NCBI GenBank assembly: GCA_030833205.1
Contig: JAURHS010000003.1
Span: 2,707-66,706, forward strand
Origin: Prosthecobacter sp.
Lineage (GTDB): Bacteria; Verrucomicrobiota; Verrucomicrobiia; Verrucomicrobiales; Verrucomicrobiaceae
Direction: 5' to 3'
Length of the DNA: 64,000 bases
A program made the translations under genes and the position numbers. A model generated the notes under the pieces. It was not told the origin of the DNA. It saw only the letters and a list, made by a program, of their open reading frames with translations, and searched no databases. The stretch's first letter is position 1; every line of letters starts with the position of its first letter. Below are positions 28,973-38,440 of the stretch, in pieces.

Positions 28973-30048
28973 GCCCTTGCCGCAGCGCCCTCCCTGCGCC
29001 AATGGGCCAATGCCTTGTGCAAGAGCACCTGCCCCTGCTGGGCAAGCCTGGCTTGCAGACTCTGCAAGTCATCTCCCAAGCGGATCGGCACTTCAGCCTG
29101 AAGCCAGACTTTGCCGTCCTGCTGCCCGCCCCCCCACTCGTGAAGCGTGCAAACCGCACTCAGCTCGCCTTGGCTGATCGCCTCACTCAGCGACTCCGCT
29201 GGGTCGGAGCCAGGCATGGAGCCATGATGCAGGCAAAGCGCCGGCAGCTTGAGCTCAGCGCCGAACTCAGCAAGGAACGAGGAAGCCCCGGGCGCCACGA
29301 CCAGCAAGTCCACTCGGTGCTCACTGAGGGCCTGCAGCCCTGCGCCCCAAATCGGCTCGCCAAGCCCCCCCTGGCTTCCAGCTCCTGAGAGTGTCACCAC
29401 CCCTTTTTGATCAAGGATTTGCTGATTCGCAGAGGATAAGTCTGCGGCAATCACCAGCACCAATTGAATCTGGGAGAGGCCCTGCCGGGGCAGGTCGAGC
29501 AAAAACCGCACAAGATCATGGTTGTCGGGCCCCCAGAGGGCGACCCGAAGCGAGGGATTGACTTTTTGGATTAACCCAGTCGTGCTTCGCCCTGGCAGCA
29601 GTGGCAGGATTCGGATCACGGACCCGGCCTCCGCCAGCGCATCGCGCTCGGAGCGCTCCAAACTCTCGGGGGTATAATCGCCGCCCTTGGCGTAGAGGTG
29701 GGGTTTTAGCTCCCGGATCAGTTCCGTGGCGCGCAGCGAGTCAAAGACCACCACCCCATCCACTGCCCTCAAGCCGGAGAGCACCTCGGCTCGGTCGAAT
29801 TCGGAATTCAGCGGCCGCCCTGGACCCTTGAGTTCGCGAACCGAGGCATCGCTGTTGAGCCCGACAATCAGCGCATCTCCAAGCCTGCGAGCCTGCTCCA
29901 GATAGCGCACATGACCTGCATGCAGAAGATCGAAACAGCCATTGGTGAAGACCACCCTGCGGCCCTCTCGGTGCAGACGGTCGCGCAGTGCCCTGGCCTC
30001 GGCGGCAGTCATCGGCTTGAAATCTACAGGCTGGGCCATGGAACCCAT
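28969..30048 (-). CDS. HldC/RfaE-II heptose-1-phosphate adenylyltransferase fused to a degenerate PurN-like formyltransferase domain
   Basis: N-terminal FTNGCFDLLHAGHVRYL, GLNSD.SV..LKG..RP, KGGDY and STT. C-terminal half follows the PurN pattern (CTLH...LQAEVPI..GD...L.AR). Start could be 30039 or 30012. Confidence 0.8.
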   Translation of the reverse strand: MGSMAQPVDFKPMTAAEARALRDRLHREGRRVVFTNGCFDLLHAGHVRYLEQARRLGDALIVGLNSDASVRELKGPGRPLNSEFDRAEVLSGLRAVDGVVVFDSLRATELIRELKPHLYAKGGDYTPESLERSERDALAEAGSVIRILPLLPGRSTTGLIQKVNPSLRVALWGPDNHDLVRFLLDLPRQGLSQIQLVLVIAADLSSANQQILDQKGVVTLSGAGSQGGLGEPIWGAGLQALSEHRVDLLVVAPGASSFLAEFGAELKLPALCLHHGSMPGSDPAESLSEAISQGELSAVCTLHEWGGGQQDGKVWLQAEVPIRLGDDLQSLQARLAQQGQVLLHKALAHWRREGAAARA

Positions 30049-30136
30049 TCTATGCGATGGGAAGGCAGGGCTTGCAAGCTCGCCTTGCCCTGCCGGGGCA
30101 AGCCAAAAAGAGCTGCCAATTTTTTTATTTCCACCC

Positions 30137-30164
30137 TTGCAAAGGAGGCCTGCACTTCTATGCT
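30137..30164 (+). promoter_or_regulatory. Putative sigma70 promoter of the act operon
   Basis: TTGCAA-N16-TATGCT preceded by an A/T-rich tract. Confidence 0.55.
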
Positions 30165-30172
30165 CAGCGGCT

Positions 30173-30194
30173 GCTTGTGAAAAATTTCACAAGC
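30173..30194. promoter_or_regulatory. Palindromic operator, Rex-type TTGTGAA-N4-TTCACAA (also matches CRP-type TGTGA-N6-TCACA)
   Basis: GCTTGTGAA-AAAT-TTCACAAGC perfect 9-bp inverted repeat between the -10 and the actA ATG. Confidence 0.75.
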
Positions 30195-30210
30195 CGAAAT
30201 TCCGAGCACT

Positions 30211-31014
30211 ATGGGCAACTTTTTTCCTCGTTGGACGAACTGGCTCCCCCTGAAGCTAGCCGTGGCGGCTGGCTTCGTTGTTTTTGGGGTGAGTCTCGCA
30301 GTTCCTTACTACTTCACTCCCAAGTACACCCGGGTGGGCTACCAACCATCTCAGCCCGTGCCATTTTCGCACCAAATCCACGCCGGCCAGCTCGGTCTGG
30401 ATTGCCGCTATTGCCACAGCTTTGTTGAGGCCAGCGGCCACGCCAATGTGCCCACCAACCAGACCTGCATCAACTGCCATGGTCCAGGCAAGGGCAACAT
30501 CAAATCCAACTCGCCAAAATTGGCGAAGGTCATTGCTGCCGCCGAGACCGGCAAGCCCATCGAATGGGTCAAGATTCACAAGGCTCCAGACTATGTGTAT
30601 TTCAATCACAGCGCGCACCTCAACCGCGGCATCTCCTGCCAGAGTTGTCACGGCCGCATCGACCAGATGGAAGTCGTGCACCATGCCGAGCCTCAGTCCA
30701 TGGGCTGGTGCTTGGATTGCCACCGCAATCCCGAGAAAAACCTTCGCCCCTTGGAGCAGGTGACCAATCTCAAGTATGACCCGGCCCAGCTGGACCGCAG
30801 CGCCTTCTACCAAAACCTTCTTGGCAAGGGCATCGCCCCAGCAGAAATCGCCCAGAGCATTGATCCCAGCCGCAGTGCTGCCAACCTGGCAGATCTGGTC
30901 AGCCTTGCTGAAGGACGCTACGGCAAGCAGGTCACCCAACTCGAAGTGGGCAGCCAGCTCAAGAAACACTGGCAGGTCCAGCCCCCTGAAAACTGCACCG
31001 CCTGCCACCGCTGA
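30211..31014 (+). CDS. actA: Alternative complex III pentaheme cytochrome c subunit
   Basis: N-terminal TM, QPVPFSH..H, five CxxCH motifs, PDYVYFNHSAH and SMGWCLDCH. Confidence 0.92.
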   Translation: MGNFFPRWTNWLPLKLAVAAGFVVFGVSLAVPYYFTPKYTRVGYQPSQPVPFSHQIHAGQLGLDCRYCHSFVEASGHANVPTNQTCINCHGPGKGNIKSNSPKLAKVIAAAETGKPIEWVKIHKAPDYVYFNHSAHLNRGISCQSCHGRIDQMEVVHHAEPQSMGWCLDCHRNPEKNLRPLEQVTNLKYDPAQLDRSAFYQNLLGKGIAPAEIAQSIDPSRSAANLADLVSLAEGRYGKQVTQLEVGSQLKKHWQVQPPENCTACHR

Positions 31015-31069
31015 ATCGCGGCACCGCTCGCTCACCGCCCCGATCCCCGATCCCTTTCCCCTGCCCCAC

Positions 31070-34000
31070 ATGAAACGCCAATGGATTCACCCCCAGCAGC
31101 CCGAGACCGGCAAGCGCTACTGGCGCAGCACGGCCGAGCTTGAAAGCCGCGCTGAGTTCCTCGACCGCCTCGGCGTGGAATTCCCTGCAGGGGACAGTCT
31201 CACCACTGAAGAAGCGGAGAATTCCCGCCGCCACTTCCTCAAACTCATGGGAGCCTCTGCTGGTCTCATGGGCTTGGCGGCCTGCCGTCGCCCCCTGGCT
31301 CACATTCTGCCCTACACCCAGCATGTGGAGTGGGTCATCCCCGGCAAACCTCTGCTCTATGCCTCGGTCATGCCCTCGCCTCAGGGTGCAGTGCCGCTGG
31401 TGGTGACCACTCACGAAGGACGCCCCACTCATTTGGCTGGCAATCCGCTCCACCCCCTCGGCGGCGGCCTGAGCAGCTTTGCTCAAGCCAGCATCCTTGA
31501 TCTCTACGATCCCGAGCGCTCCCAGCAGCCCTTGGCAGCAGGAAAACCCGTCTCCTGGGCGCAGGCTCAGGAAACCCTGACGGCCCTCATGGATGCTGCC
31601 AAAAAAAATCAGGGAGGCTCTGTGGGCATTCTCATTGATGAGCAACCCTCGCCCACGCAAGGCCGTCTGTTGGCTGAACTCAACCGCAGTCTGCCCAGCA
31701 GCCGCTTGTTTACCTATCAAGCGATTGGCAGCGGTGGGCAACGACGCGGCGAATCGGCGGCGTTTGGCATCGGAAACCGCGGCTTCCTGCGCTTGAGCAA
31801 AGCCAAGCGCATTCTCTCTCTTGACTGCGACTTCCTTGGCCTGGACCCAGTGGCTGGCGAGCCCATCAAGGCGTTCACCGCACAACGGGCGCAGGACAAG
31901 CCACAGGCAGACATGAACCGCCTGTACTGCCTGGAGAATCGCTACACCCTGACTGGAGGCATGGCGGATCATCGCAAGCCCCTGCCCTCAAGCCTCATCC
32001 CTGCTGCCGCAGCACTCGTTGCCGAGCAACTGGGAATCAGCGCGGGCTCCGCGTTGGCAGCAGAAGCTCCAGCAAGCCTCAAGGAGTGGCTGGCACCCGC
32101 GGTGCGTGACCTGATTGATCACAAAGGCAACGCGGTCGTCCTGCTGGGAAGCCGCCACAGCGCACAGGCTCACGCCCTGGTCTGCGCAATCAACCATGCG
32201 CTTGGCGCGCTGGGCAACTGCCTCGAGGTCCTCGCCGCAGATCCCGCTCCAGTTGCCGGCTCCGCCGCTGATCTGCAGCAGGCTCTCGGCAGCGGTCAGA
32301 TTCAAACCCTGATCTGTCTGGGCAGCGCCAATCCGCTGCACGACGCACCAGCGGCGCTGGCCTCAGCTCTGTCCCAGCCCTCGGTGAAACTGGTTCACCT
32401 CGGCCTTCTGCCCAATGCCACCGCGCGCTCCGCGGCGCTGCACTTGCCAGCGGCCCACTATCTCGAAGCTTGGGACGATGTGCGCGCAGCCGACGGAACC
32501 TATTCCGTGGTCCAGCCGATGATTCAACCTTTGTACAGCGGCATCAGCGCCAATGAACTGCTGCTTGCCCTGATTGGCCGCAAGAAACTCGGCGCCCCGG
32601 CTGACGCGGCACAGGACCCAGCGTATCAAGCCGTACGCGACACCTTCGCCACTGTGGCTGGCAGCCTCGATGAAGTGCGCTGGAACCACACCCTGCGCGA
32701 CGGATTCCTCAAAGACTCAGCGTGGAAGACTGGCAGCACCTCATTGCAGGCCAATTGGACGGATGCGCTCAAGGGCGCACCTGCGCTCAAGGCGCCCACC
32801 AACAAAGCCATGGAAGTGGTGTTGGTGCCAGATTCGGGTGCCTACGACGGTCGTTACATCAACAATGCATGGCTTCAGGAAACCCCAGACCCGATCACCA
32901 AACAGGCATGGGATAACGCCGCCTGGGTCGGCAGCGTGACCTTCCGCGCCTTGGGACTGAAAAATGGTCAGATGATCAAGGTCACCACTGGCGACCGGTC
33001 CCTCACTCTGCCCGCTTTGGAGGCCCCTGGCCATGTCCAGAACTCAATCACCATTCCCTTGGGTTACGGGCAACAACAACTGGGCTTTGTCGGTTCCGAC
33101 AGCGATGGCAAGGGGCGCGGCTTCAATGGCTATGCCCTGCGAGCTGACGCCGAACAATATGTCATCGCCGGTGCGAAGGTCGAGGTGCTCAGCGAGAGCT
33201 ATGCTTTGGCCATTACTCAGGATCAGGCGACGATGGAAGGCCGCGCGATGATTCGCGAAGGGACCCTCGAAACATTCAACCGCCAGCCGGACTTCGCCGT
33301 CAAGACCGGCATGGACAGCCACATCCCGCAGAATATTTCATTCTACAAAGGGCAGGTGGGTCGCAAGAGCGCCGAGAACCCTGATGGCTTCGACTACGAG
33401 AAGAAGCACCAGTGGGGGATGGCCATTGACCTCAGCAAATGCCTGGGCTGCACGGCCTGCGTCGTCGCCTGTCAGAGCGAAAACAACATTCCTGTGGTGG
33501 GCAAGGACCAGGTCATCAAAGGCCGCCTCATGCAGTGGATTCGTATGGACCGCTACTTCGCCACCCACCAATGGGGCGAGCAGAAGGCCAAGTCCGATGA
33601 TGTCAACATTGACCCCACGGCCGAGCAATTGGAAAACGCCGAAATGGTCAACCAACCGGTGGCCTGCCAGCAATGTGAGTCTGCCCCCTGCGAAACCGTC
33701 TGCCCAGTCAACGCCACCGTGCACACTGACGACGGCCTCAATGCCATGGCCTACAACCGCTGCATTGGCACGCGGTACTGCGCCAACAACTGCCCTTACA
33801 CTGCACGCCGCTTCAACTGGTTTGACTACAACAAACGCCCGCTCGACGAGCTTTACTGGGGCCCGCTTTCCACCCCAGAAAAAACTGGGGTGCGCGAGTC
33901 CTTGCAGCTGCAGAAAAACCCCAATGTCACGGTTCGCATGCGCGGCGTGATTGAGAAGTGCACCTACTGCGTTCAGCGCCTCGAAGGGGCCAAGATCAAG

Positions 34001-34279
34001 CAGAAGCAAAGCCAGCGCGACAGCAAGAACTTCCGCGTGCCAACCGACAGCGTTAAAACCGCATGTCAGGAGGCCTGCCCTGCTGAGGCCATTGCCTTTG
34101 GCGACCTTGCCGACGAGCACAGCAACATCAACAAGGTCAAGGCAAGCCCACGCAATTACGAGCTGCTGAAATACATCGGCACGCGCCCCCGCACCAGCTA
34201 TCTGGCGCGCCTGCGCAACCCCAACAAAGAAATGCCTGGAGCGGAAGCCATCGCCGCCTGGAGCGCCCATCAAATCTAA
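31070..34279 (+). CDS. actB: Alternative complex III subunit B (molybdopterin-oxidoreductase-like plus Fe-S domains)
   Basis: YWRS..EL, Tat motif SRRHFLK, lipobox LAAC, C-terminal Fe-S motifs CLGCTACVVAC, CQQC..APC..VCP, CIGTRYCANNCP and KCTYC. Confidence 0.92.
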   Translation: MKRQWIHPQQPETGKRYWRSTAELESRAEFLDRLGVEFPAGDSLTTEEAENSRRHFLKLMGASAGLMGLAACRRPLAHILPYTQHVEWVIPGKPLLYASVMPSPQGAVPLVVTTHEGRPTHLAGNPLHPLGGGLSSFAQASILDLYDPERSQQPLAAGKPVSWAQAQETLTALMDAAKKNQGGSVGILIDEQPSPTQGRLLAELNRSLPSSRLFTYQAIGSGGQRRGESAAFGIGNRGFLRLSKAKRILSLDCDFLGLDPVAGEPIKAFTAQRAQDKPQADMNRLYCLENRYTLTGGMADHRKPLPSSLIPAAAALVAEQLGISAGSALAAEAPASLKEWLAPAVRDLIDHKGNAVVLLGSRHSAQAHALVCAINHALGALGNCLEVLAADPAPVAGSAADLQQALGSGQIQTLICLGSANPLHDAPAALASALSQPSVKLVHLGLLPNATARSAALHLPAAHYLEAWDDVRAADGTYSVVQPMIQPLYSGISANELLLALIGRKKLGAPADAAQDPAYQAVRDTFATVAGSLDEVRWNHTLRDGFLKDSAWKTGSTSLQANWTDALKGAPALKAPTNKAMEVVLVPDSGAYDGRYINNAWLQETPDPITKQAWDNAAWVGSVTFRALGLKNGQMIKVTTGDRSLTLPALEAPGHVQNSITIPLGYGQQQLGFVGSDSDGKGRGFNGYALRADAEQYVIAGAKVEVLSESYALAITQDQATMEGRAMIREGTLETFNRQPDFAVKTGMDSHIPQNISFYKGQVGRKSAENPDGFDYEKKHQWGMAIDLSKCLGCTACVVACQSENNIPVVGKDQVIKGRLMQWIRMDRYFATHQWGEQKAKSDDVNIDPTAEQLENAEMVNQPVACQQCESAPCETVCPVNATVHTDDGLNAMAYNRCIGTRYCANNCPYTARRFNWFDYNKRPLDELYWGPLSTPEKTGVRESLQLQKNPNVTVRMRGVIEKCTYCVQRLEGAKIKQKQSQRDSKNFRVPTDSVKTACQEACPAEAIAFGDLADEHSNINKVKASPRNYELLKYIGTRPRTSYLARLRNPNKEMPGAEAIAAWSAHQI

Positions 34280-34288
34280 GCCGGACTC

Positions 34289-35770
34289 ATGGAAGCCAAA
34301 ACAATCTCCGCCAACCCCCAGGCCTCGGGGACGCCACGCATTCTCGAACGCGAACCGCTTGTCCTGCACCAGCGCTCGTACTCTTGGATCACCAACCGCA
34401 TCTGCGGTATCGTGGAAAACAAGCAACCCCTGTATTGGTGGTTTCTGTTCGTGCCCTCCGTGCTGCTCACCGGCCTGATGGCCTTCTGCTTCACCTACCT
34501 GATCAGCACAGGCGTTGGCGTCTGGGGACAGAAGCAACCAGTGGCCTGGGCTTGGGACATCACCAACTTCGTGTTCTGGATCGGCATTGGTCATGCTGGC
34601 ACCCTGATTTCAGCCATCCTGTTCCTGACCCGTCAAAAGTGGCGCACCTCGGTCAACCGTGCTGCTGAGGCCATGACCATCTTCGCCGTGATGTGCGCTG
34701 GTCTCTTCCCAGCCTTCCATGTCGGTCGCGTCTGGATGGTCTGGTTCCTCGCTCCGATTCCCAACGCCAACGCCATCTGGCAGAACTTCAAATCGCCCCT
34801 GCTTTGGGATGTCTTTGCCGTCTCCACCTACTTCTCGGTATCGCTGGTGTTCTGGTACCTCGGCTTGGTTCCCGATCTCGCCACCCTGCGTGACCGCTGC
34901 AAGCCTGGCCTGCGCAAACTGCTTTACGGCATGTTCGCCTTGGGCTGGCGCGGTGCGAATCGCCACTGGAGCCACTACGAAACCGCCTACATGCTCCTGG
35001 CCGCCCTCTCCACTCCACTCGTGCTTTCCGTGCACTCGGTGGTGTCCTTCGACTTCGCCACCTCCGTGGTTCCAGGCTGGCATACCACCATCTTCCCGCC
35101 CTATTTCGTGGCCGGCGCCATCTTCGGTGGCTTTGCCATGGTGCTGACACTCATGATCCCCGTGAGCAAGATTTACGGGCTCGGCGACCTGATCACGCCC
35201 AAGCACATCGACAACATGGCCAAAATCATCCTGCTGACCGGCACGATTGTGGGCTACGCCTACTCGATGGAGTTCTTTGTCGCCTACTACAGCGCCAACG
35301 CCTTTGAGTTGCAGACCTTCCAGCTCCGTGGCCTCTACGGCCCCAGCACCTGGGCCTATTATTTTATGTTCGGCTTCAATGTGTTTGCGCCCCAGCTCTT
35401 CTGGTACCGGCCCTTCCGCCACAACCTGTGGGTGGTCATGTTTGTGTGCATGTGCGTCAACGCTGGCATGTGGTTTGAGCGCTATGTCATCATTGCCACC
35501 ACGCTGGAGCGCCACCTCACCCCTGGATCCTGGCGCACCTACGAGGCGACCTGGGTGGACAAGTACACCTTCCTGGGAACCTTCGGCTTCTTCATGATGC
35601 TCTTCCTGCTCTTCCTCCGCTTCCTGCCAGTCATCGCCATCGGCGAGGTCAAGGGCGTGTTGCCGCAGTCCAACCCCCACCACGAAGACCATGGCAATGA
35701 GGGCATTCAGGAAGAGGACCTGATGAACTACCCGGATCGCCATGTGCCGCGCGATGCCGCAGCTGCCTAA
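34289..35770 (+). CDS. actC: Alternative complex III NrfD-type membrane subunit
   Basis: [46 protein letters not shown] and GMWFER. Confidence 0.93.
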   Translation: MEAKTISANPQASGTPRILEREPLVLHQRSYSWITNRICGIVENKQPLYWWFLFVPSVLLTGLMAFCFTYLISTGVGVWGQKQPVAWAWDITNFVFWIGIGHAGTLISAILFLTRQKWRTSVNRAAEAMTIFAVMCAGLFPAFHVGRVWMVWFLAPIPNANAIWQNFKSPLLWDVFAVSTYFSVSLVFWYLGLVPDLATLRDRCKPGLRKLLYGMFALGWRGANRHWSHYETAYMLLAALSTPLVLSVHSVVSFDFATSVVPGWHTTIFPPYFVAGAIFGGFAMVLTLMIPVSKIYGLGDLITPKHIDNMAKIILLTGTIVGYAYSMEFFVAYYSANAFELQTFQLRGLYGPSTWAYYFMFGFNVFAPQLFWYRPFRHNLWVVMFVCMCVNAGMWFERYVIIATTLERHLTPGSWRTYEATWVDKYTFLGTFGFFMMLFLLFLRFLPVIAIGEVKGVLPQSNPHHEDHGNEGIQEEDLMNYPDRHVPRDAAAA

Positions 35771-35807
35771 GCCTTATCGCCGACTCTCAACCTGCTGACG
35801 CAAGCCC

Positions 35808-36404
35808 ATGAGCACCCTGAAACGAGTCCACGGATACCTCGCCCAATTCGACAGTGCAGCCGCCCTCTATCACGCTGCAGAACAGGTCCGCGATGCGGGC
35901 TATCAACGCTGGGATGTCCACCGCCCCTTCCCCATCCACGGCATGGACGACGCGATGGGCAACCCCAAGTCCATTCTACCCAAGTTGGTCTTTGTCGGCG
36001 GCATCACGGGCACCTGCGTGGCTTTCACGCTGCAGACCCTCACCCAGACCAACTTCTGGTCGAGCATCGGCTTGGGCTTCCTGCAAACCCTTGCAGAAAC
36101 TTATCCCACTGTGGTTCAAGCCAAGCCGACAGACATCTGGACGCTGCCCGCCTTCTTCCCCGTGATGTTTGAGCTGACGATTCTCTTCAGCGCATTCACC
36201 ACTCTCTTCGGACTGCTGGGCCTCATGGGCCTCCCCCGCCTGAATCACCCCCTCTTTGCCTCCCAGCAGTTCGGCAAATTCTCCGATGACGGATTCTTCG
36301 TCTGCATTGAGGCTCGTGACCCCAAGTTCTCGCAGGAAGAAACCAAGTCCCTCCTGGAAAAGGCTGGCGGTAAGAACATCGAGTTGGTCCAGGACGAACT
36401 CTAG
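35808..36404 (+). CDS. actD: Alternative complex III subunit D (DUF3341)
   Basis: PFPIHG, P.FFPVMFELTIL and LPRLNHPLF. Follows actC. Confidence 0.9.
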   Translation: MSTLKRVHGYLAQFDSAAALYHAAEQVRDAGYQRWDVHRPFPIHGMDDAMGNPKSILPKLVFVGGITGTCVAFTLQTLTQTNFWSSIGLGFLQTLAETYPTVVQAKPTDIWTLPAFFPVMFELTILFSAFTTLFGLLGLMGLPRLNHPLFASQQFGKFSDDGFFVCIEARDPKFSQEETKSLLEKAGGKNIELVQDEL

Positions 36405-36434
36405 GATCGCTCGCCTATTGTCATTCGCCAACTG

Positions 36435-36457
36435 GAGGGCCGCGCCAAGCGGCCCTC
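36435..36457. terminator. Hairpin between convergent actD and hydrolase genes
   Basis: GAGGGCCGC-GCCAA-GCGGCCCTC. Confidence 0.5.
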
Positions 36458-36463
36458 ATCGTT

Positions 36464-37450
36464 TCATGGCCGCTGAAGTTCCTTGATCAGGAACTCTGCA
36501 ATACTTGCCGCACTGACTTTTGGTCCCTGCGGGTACAGCAATTCACAGCGAACCCCCTTCGCGGAGCAGACCTCGGCGAATCCAACGCCATAATTGACCG
36601 TGTGAGTCGGGTCCTTTTGCTCTTTGCCCATGGCAGGTTGGTCAGGATAACGCAAAAACAGCGGCGGATCGTCCGCAGAGACCCATTCGATCGGCGAGTA
36701 GGCGCGAATCCAGGGCAGGACACGCTCGCGCTCCTGCAAAAACTGCGCAAATCGCTGGTCACGCGTCTTCAAGTCCTGAGGGTCCATGAAGCCAAAGGCG
36801 TGTCCACCGTAGCGGCTATTGGGCGTCCAGGCCTTGAGCTGGGCGGGATCCAATGAAGTCTGAGCACCATCCACTGCCGCGCACCAAAGCCTCGTGCTCT
36901 CTCTGGCCACAGGATCGGAACTCTGCGGCTGAGCCATGTCGTCGCGGAGGGCAAGATACAGACTGGAGCAGGCTCCTGCGGACCCTCCGCTGGCAGCGAT
37001 GCGCACCGGATCGAGATTCCACTCTGAAGCCTTGCTGCGCACCCACTGCAGCGCTCGGGCAGCGTCTTCAAGCGGCCATTTTACCGGCGGCTGCACTGCG
37101 GCCAACTGCGCCTGCCAGGTGTAGCGATAATTGATGGAAACCACTGAAATCCCCGCCTTGAGATAAGACTCCAGCGCTGGAGGATTGGCCTTGTCACCGC
37201 GCACCCATCCACCGCCATGGATGTAAAAAAGCAATGCGGTTGGCTTGGAGGATTGCGCACGATAAAAATCCAAAACCTGACGCTCATGGCTTCCATAGGC
37301 CACATTGGCCAGCGTGGGGGCAATGGAGGGTATTGCCAGGGGGGGAGCCTTGGACGGAGACTGAGCCCGCAGAGCCAAAGGAGTCGCAGGACCAACCGCA
37401 AGGCAGAGCGCAAGCCCTCTGCAAAGGTGGCTAAGAATGAGCATGGCCAA
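36464..37450 (-). CDS. Secreted alpha/beta hydrolase (HSL/BD-FAE-like esterase)
   Basis: Signal peptide, HGGGW, SINYR and GGSAG nucleophile motif. Confidence 0.88.
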   Translation of the reverse strand: MAMLILSHLCRGLALCLAVGPATPLALRAQSPSKAPPLAIPSIAPTLANVAYGSHERQVLDFYRAQSSKPTALLFYIHGGGWVRGDKANPPALESYLKAGISVVSINYRYTWQAQLAAVQPPVKWPLEDAARALQWVRSKASEWNLDPVRIAASGGSAGACSSLYLALRDDMAQPQSSDPVARESTRLWCAAVDGAQTSLDPAQLKAWTPNSRYGGHAFGFMDPQDLKTRDQRFAQFLQERERVLPWIRAYSPIEWVSADDPPLFLRYPDQPAMGKEQKDPTHTVNYGVGFAEVCSAKGVRCELLYPQGPKVSAASIAEFLIKELQRP

Positions 37451-37534
37451 GAAACGCCCTTCAGCCTGAATTCTTCCCGAATCTCCCGAGAACCCGAGGC
37501 CAACCGTTGGCTTGCTGCCGGCACTCTGATCCCC

Positions 37535-38347
37535 TCAAGGCTCCGAGGCATCGGTGGCCACCATATTGCGGCGTTGGCGGGCGGCCTCAAAAAGCAACAC
37601 CGCTCCAGCGGCAGCCACATTCAAAGACTCCACCCCGCCCTCCATGGCTACTGAGACCCGCAGCGAGCAATCGGCCTCAATGGCCTTGTCAATCCCCTGT
37701 CCCTCATTGCCCAACACCAGCGCCCAAGACTGGGGCCAGCGGAAACCATCATGGGTATGGTCACCCTCCATGCATGCCGCCAACCTGAGGTTGCCCGCTG
37801 GCAGCAGTTCCTTGGCCCGAGACCAAGGCAGTCCCTGACGGATGGGCAATCGCAGGGACGCCCCCATTGAAGCGCGCAGCGCCTTCGGCCCGTAAGGGTC
37901 GGCACAACCCTCCAAAAGCAGCACGGCCTGCACGCCTGCGGCCTCTGCCGTGCGCAGGAGGGTGCCCACATTGCCCGGGTCCTGAACCCGATCCAAAACC
38001 AGCCAGCGCTCGATGCCCGCTGGCAGGGCAGTACACACAGGTCTGCGCAAGACGGCGGCACAACCCTGGCAGTTCACCGTGTCAGCGAGACTGGCCATCA
38101 CCTCCGCACTGACCCATAAGAAGGGCAGTCCCGACCGGATGGCCACCGAACCTAAGCCGTCGGCTTGGAACTCTGCCAAGTCCCGATTCTGGGTCGAAAC
38201 TAGCAACTCCACTGCCCAGCCGCTGCGCAGGGCATCCTGCAGAAGTCGAGGCCCTTCAACCCAGATCAAATCTCGCTCCCTGCCCTCGCGAGCCGCACGG
38301 GCCCACTTGACCCTCGGATTATTGCGGCTGGTGACGATTTCCTCCAC
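37535..38347 (-). CDS. TrmH/SpoU-family RNA methyltransferase
   Basis: TSRNNP, VEG, QDPGNVGTLLRTA, RASMG, LGNEG.G and ESLNVA. Start uncertain (GTG at 38347 or ATG at 38392). Confidence 0.9.
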   Translation of the reverse strand: MEEIVTSRNNPRVKWARAAREGRERDLIWVEGPRLLQDALRSGWAVELLVSTQNRDLAEFQADGLGSVAIRSGLPFLWVSAEVMASLADTVNCQGCAAVLRRPVCTALPAGIERWLVLDRVQDPGNVGTLLRTAEAAGVQAVLLLEGCADPYGPKALRASMGASLRLPIRQGLPWSRAKELLPAGNLRLAACMEGDHTHDGFRWPQSWALVLGNEGQGIDKAIEADCSLRVSVAMEGGVESLNVAAAGAVLLFEAARQRRNMVATDASEP

Positions 38348-38440
38348 GAGGTCAAGGGCTAGACGATTCCGCGCCGACGCGCAAGCGCCCATGCTTGAGG
38401 CTTGCCAAGCGCCGCGCCAACCCCACAATGCGTGCAGCGA

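Noticed and set aside
30776-31069. N-terminal extension of the ActB ORF overlapping actA, suggesting a frameshift fusion
   Set aside because: ActA ends normally at CTACHR, ActB has a typical start (MKRQW...YWRS) at 31070, and I saw no slippery site.
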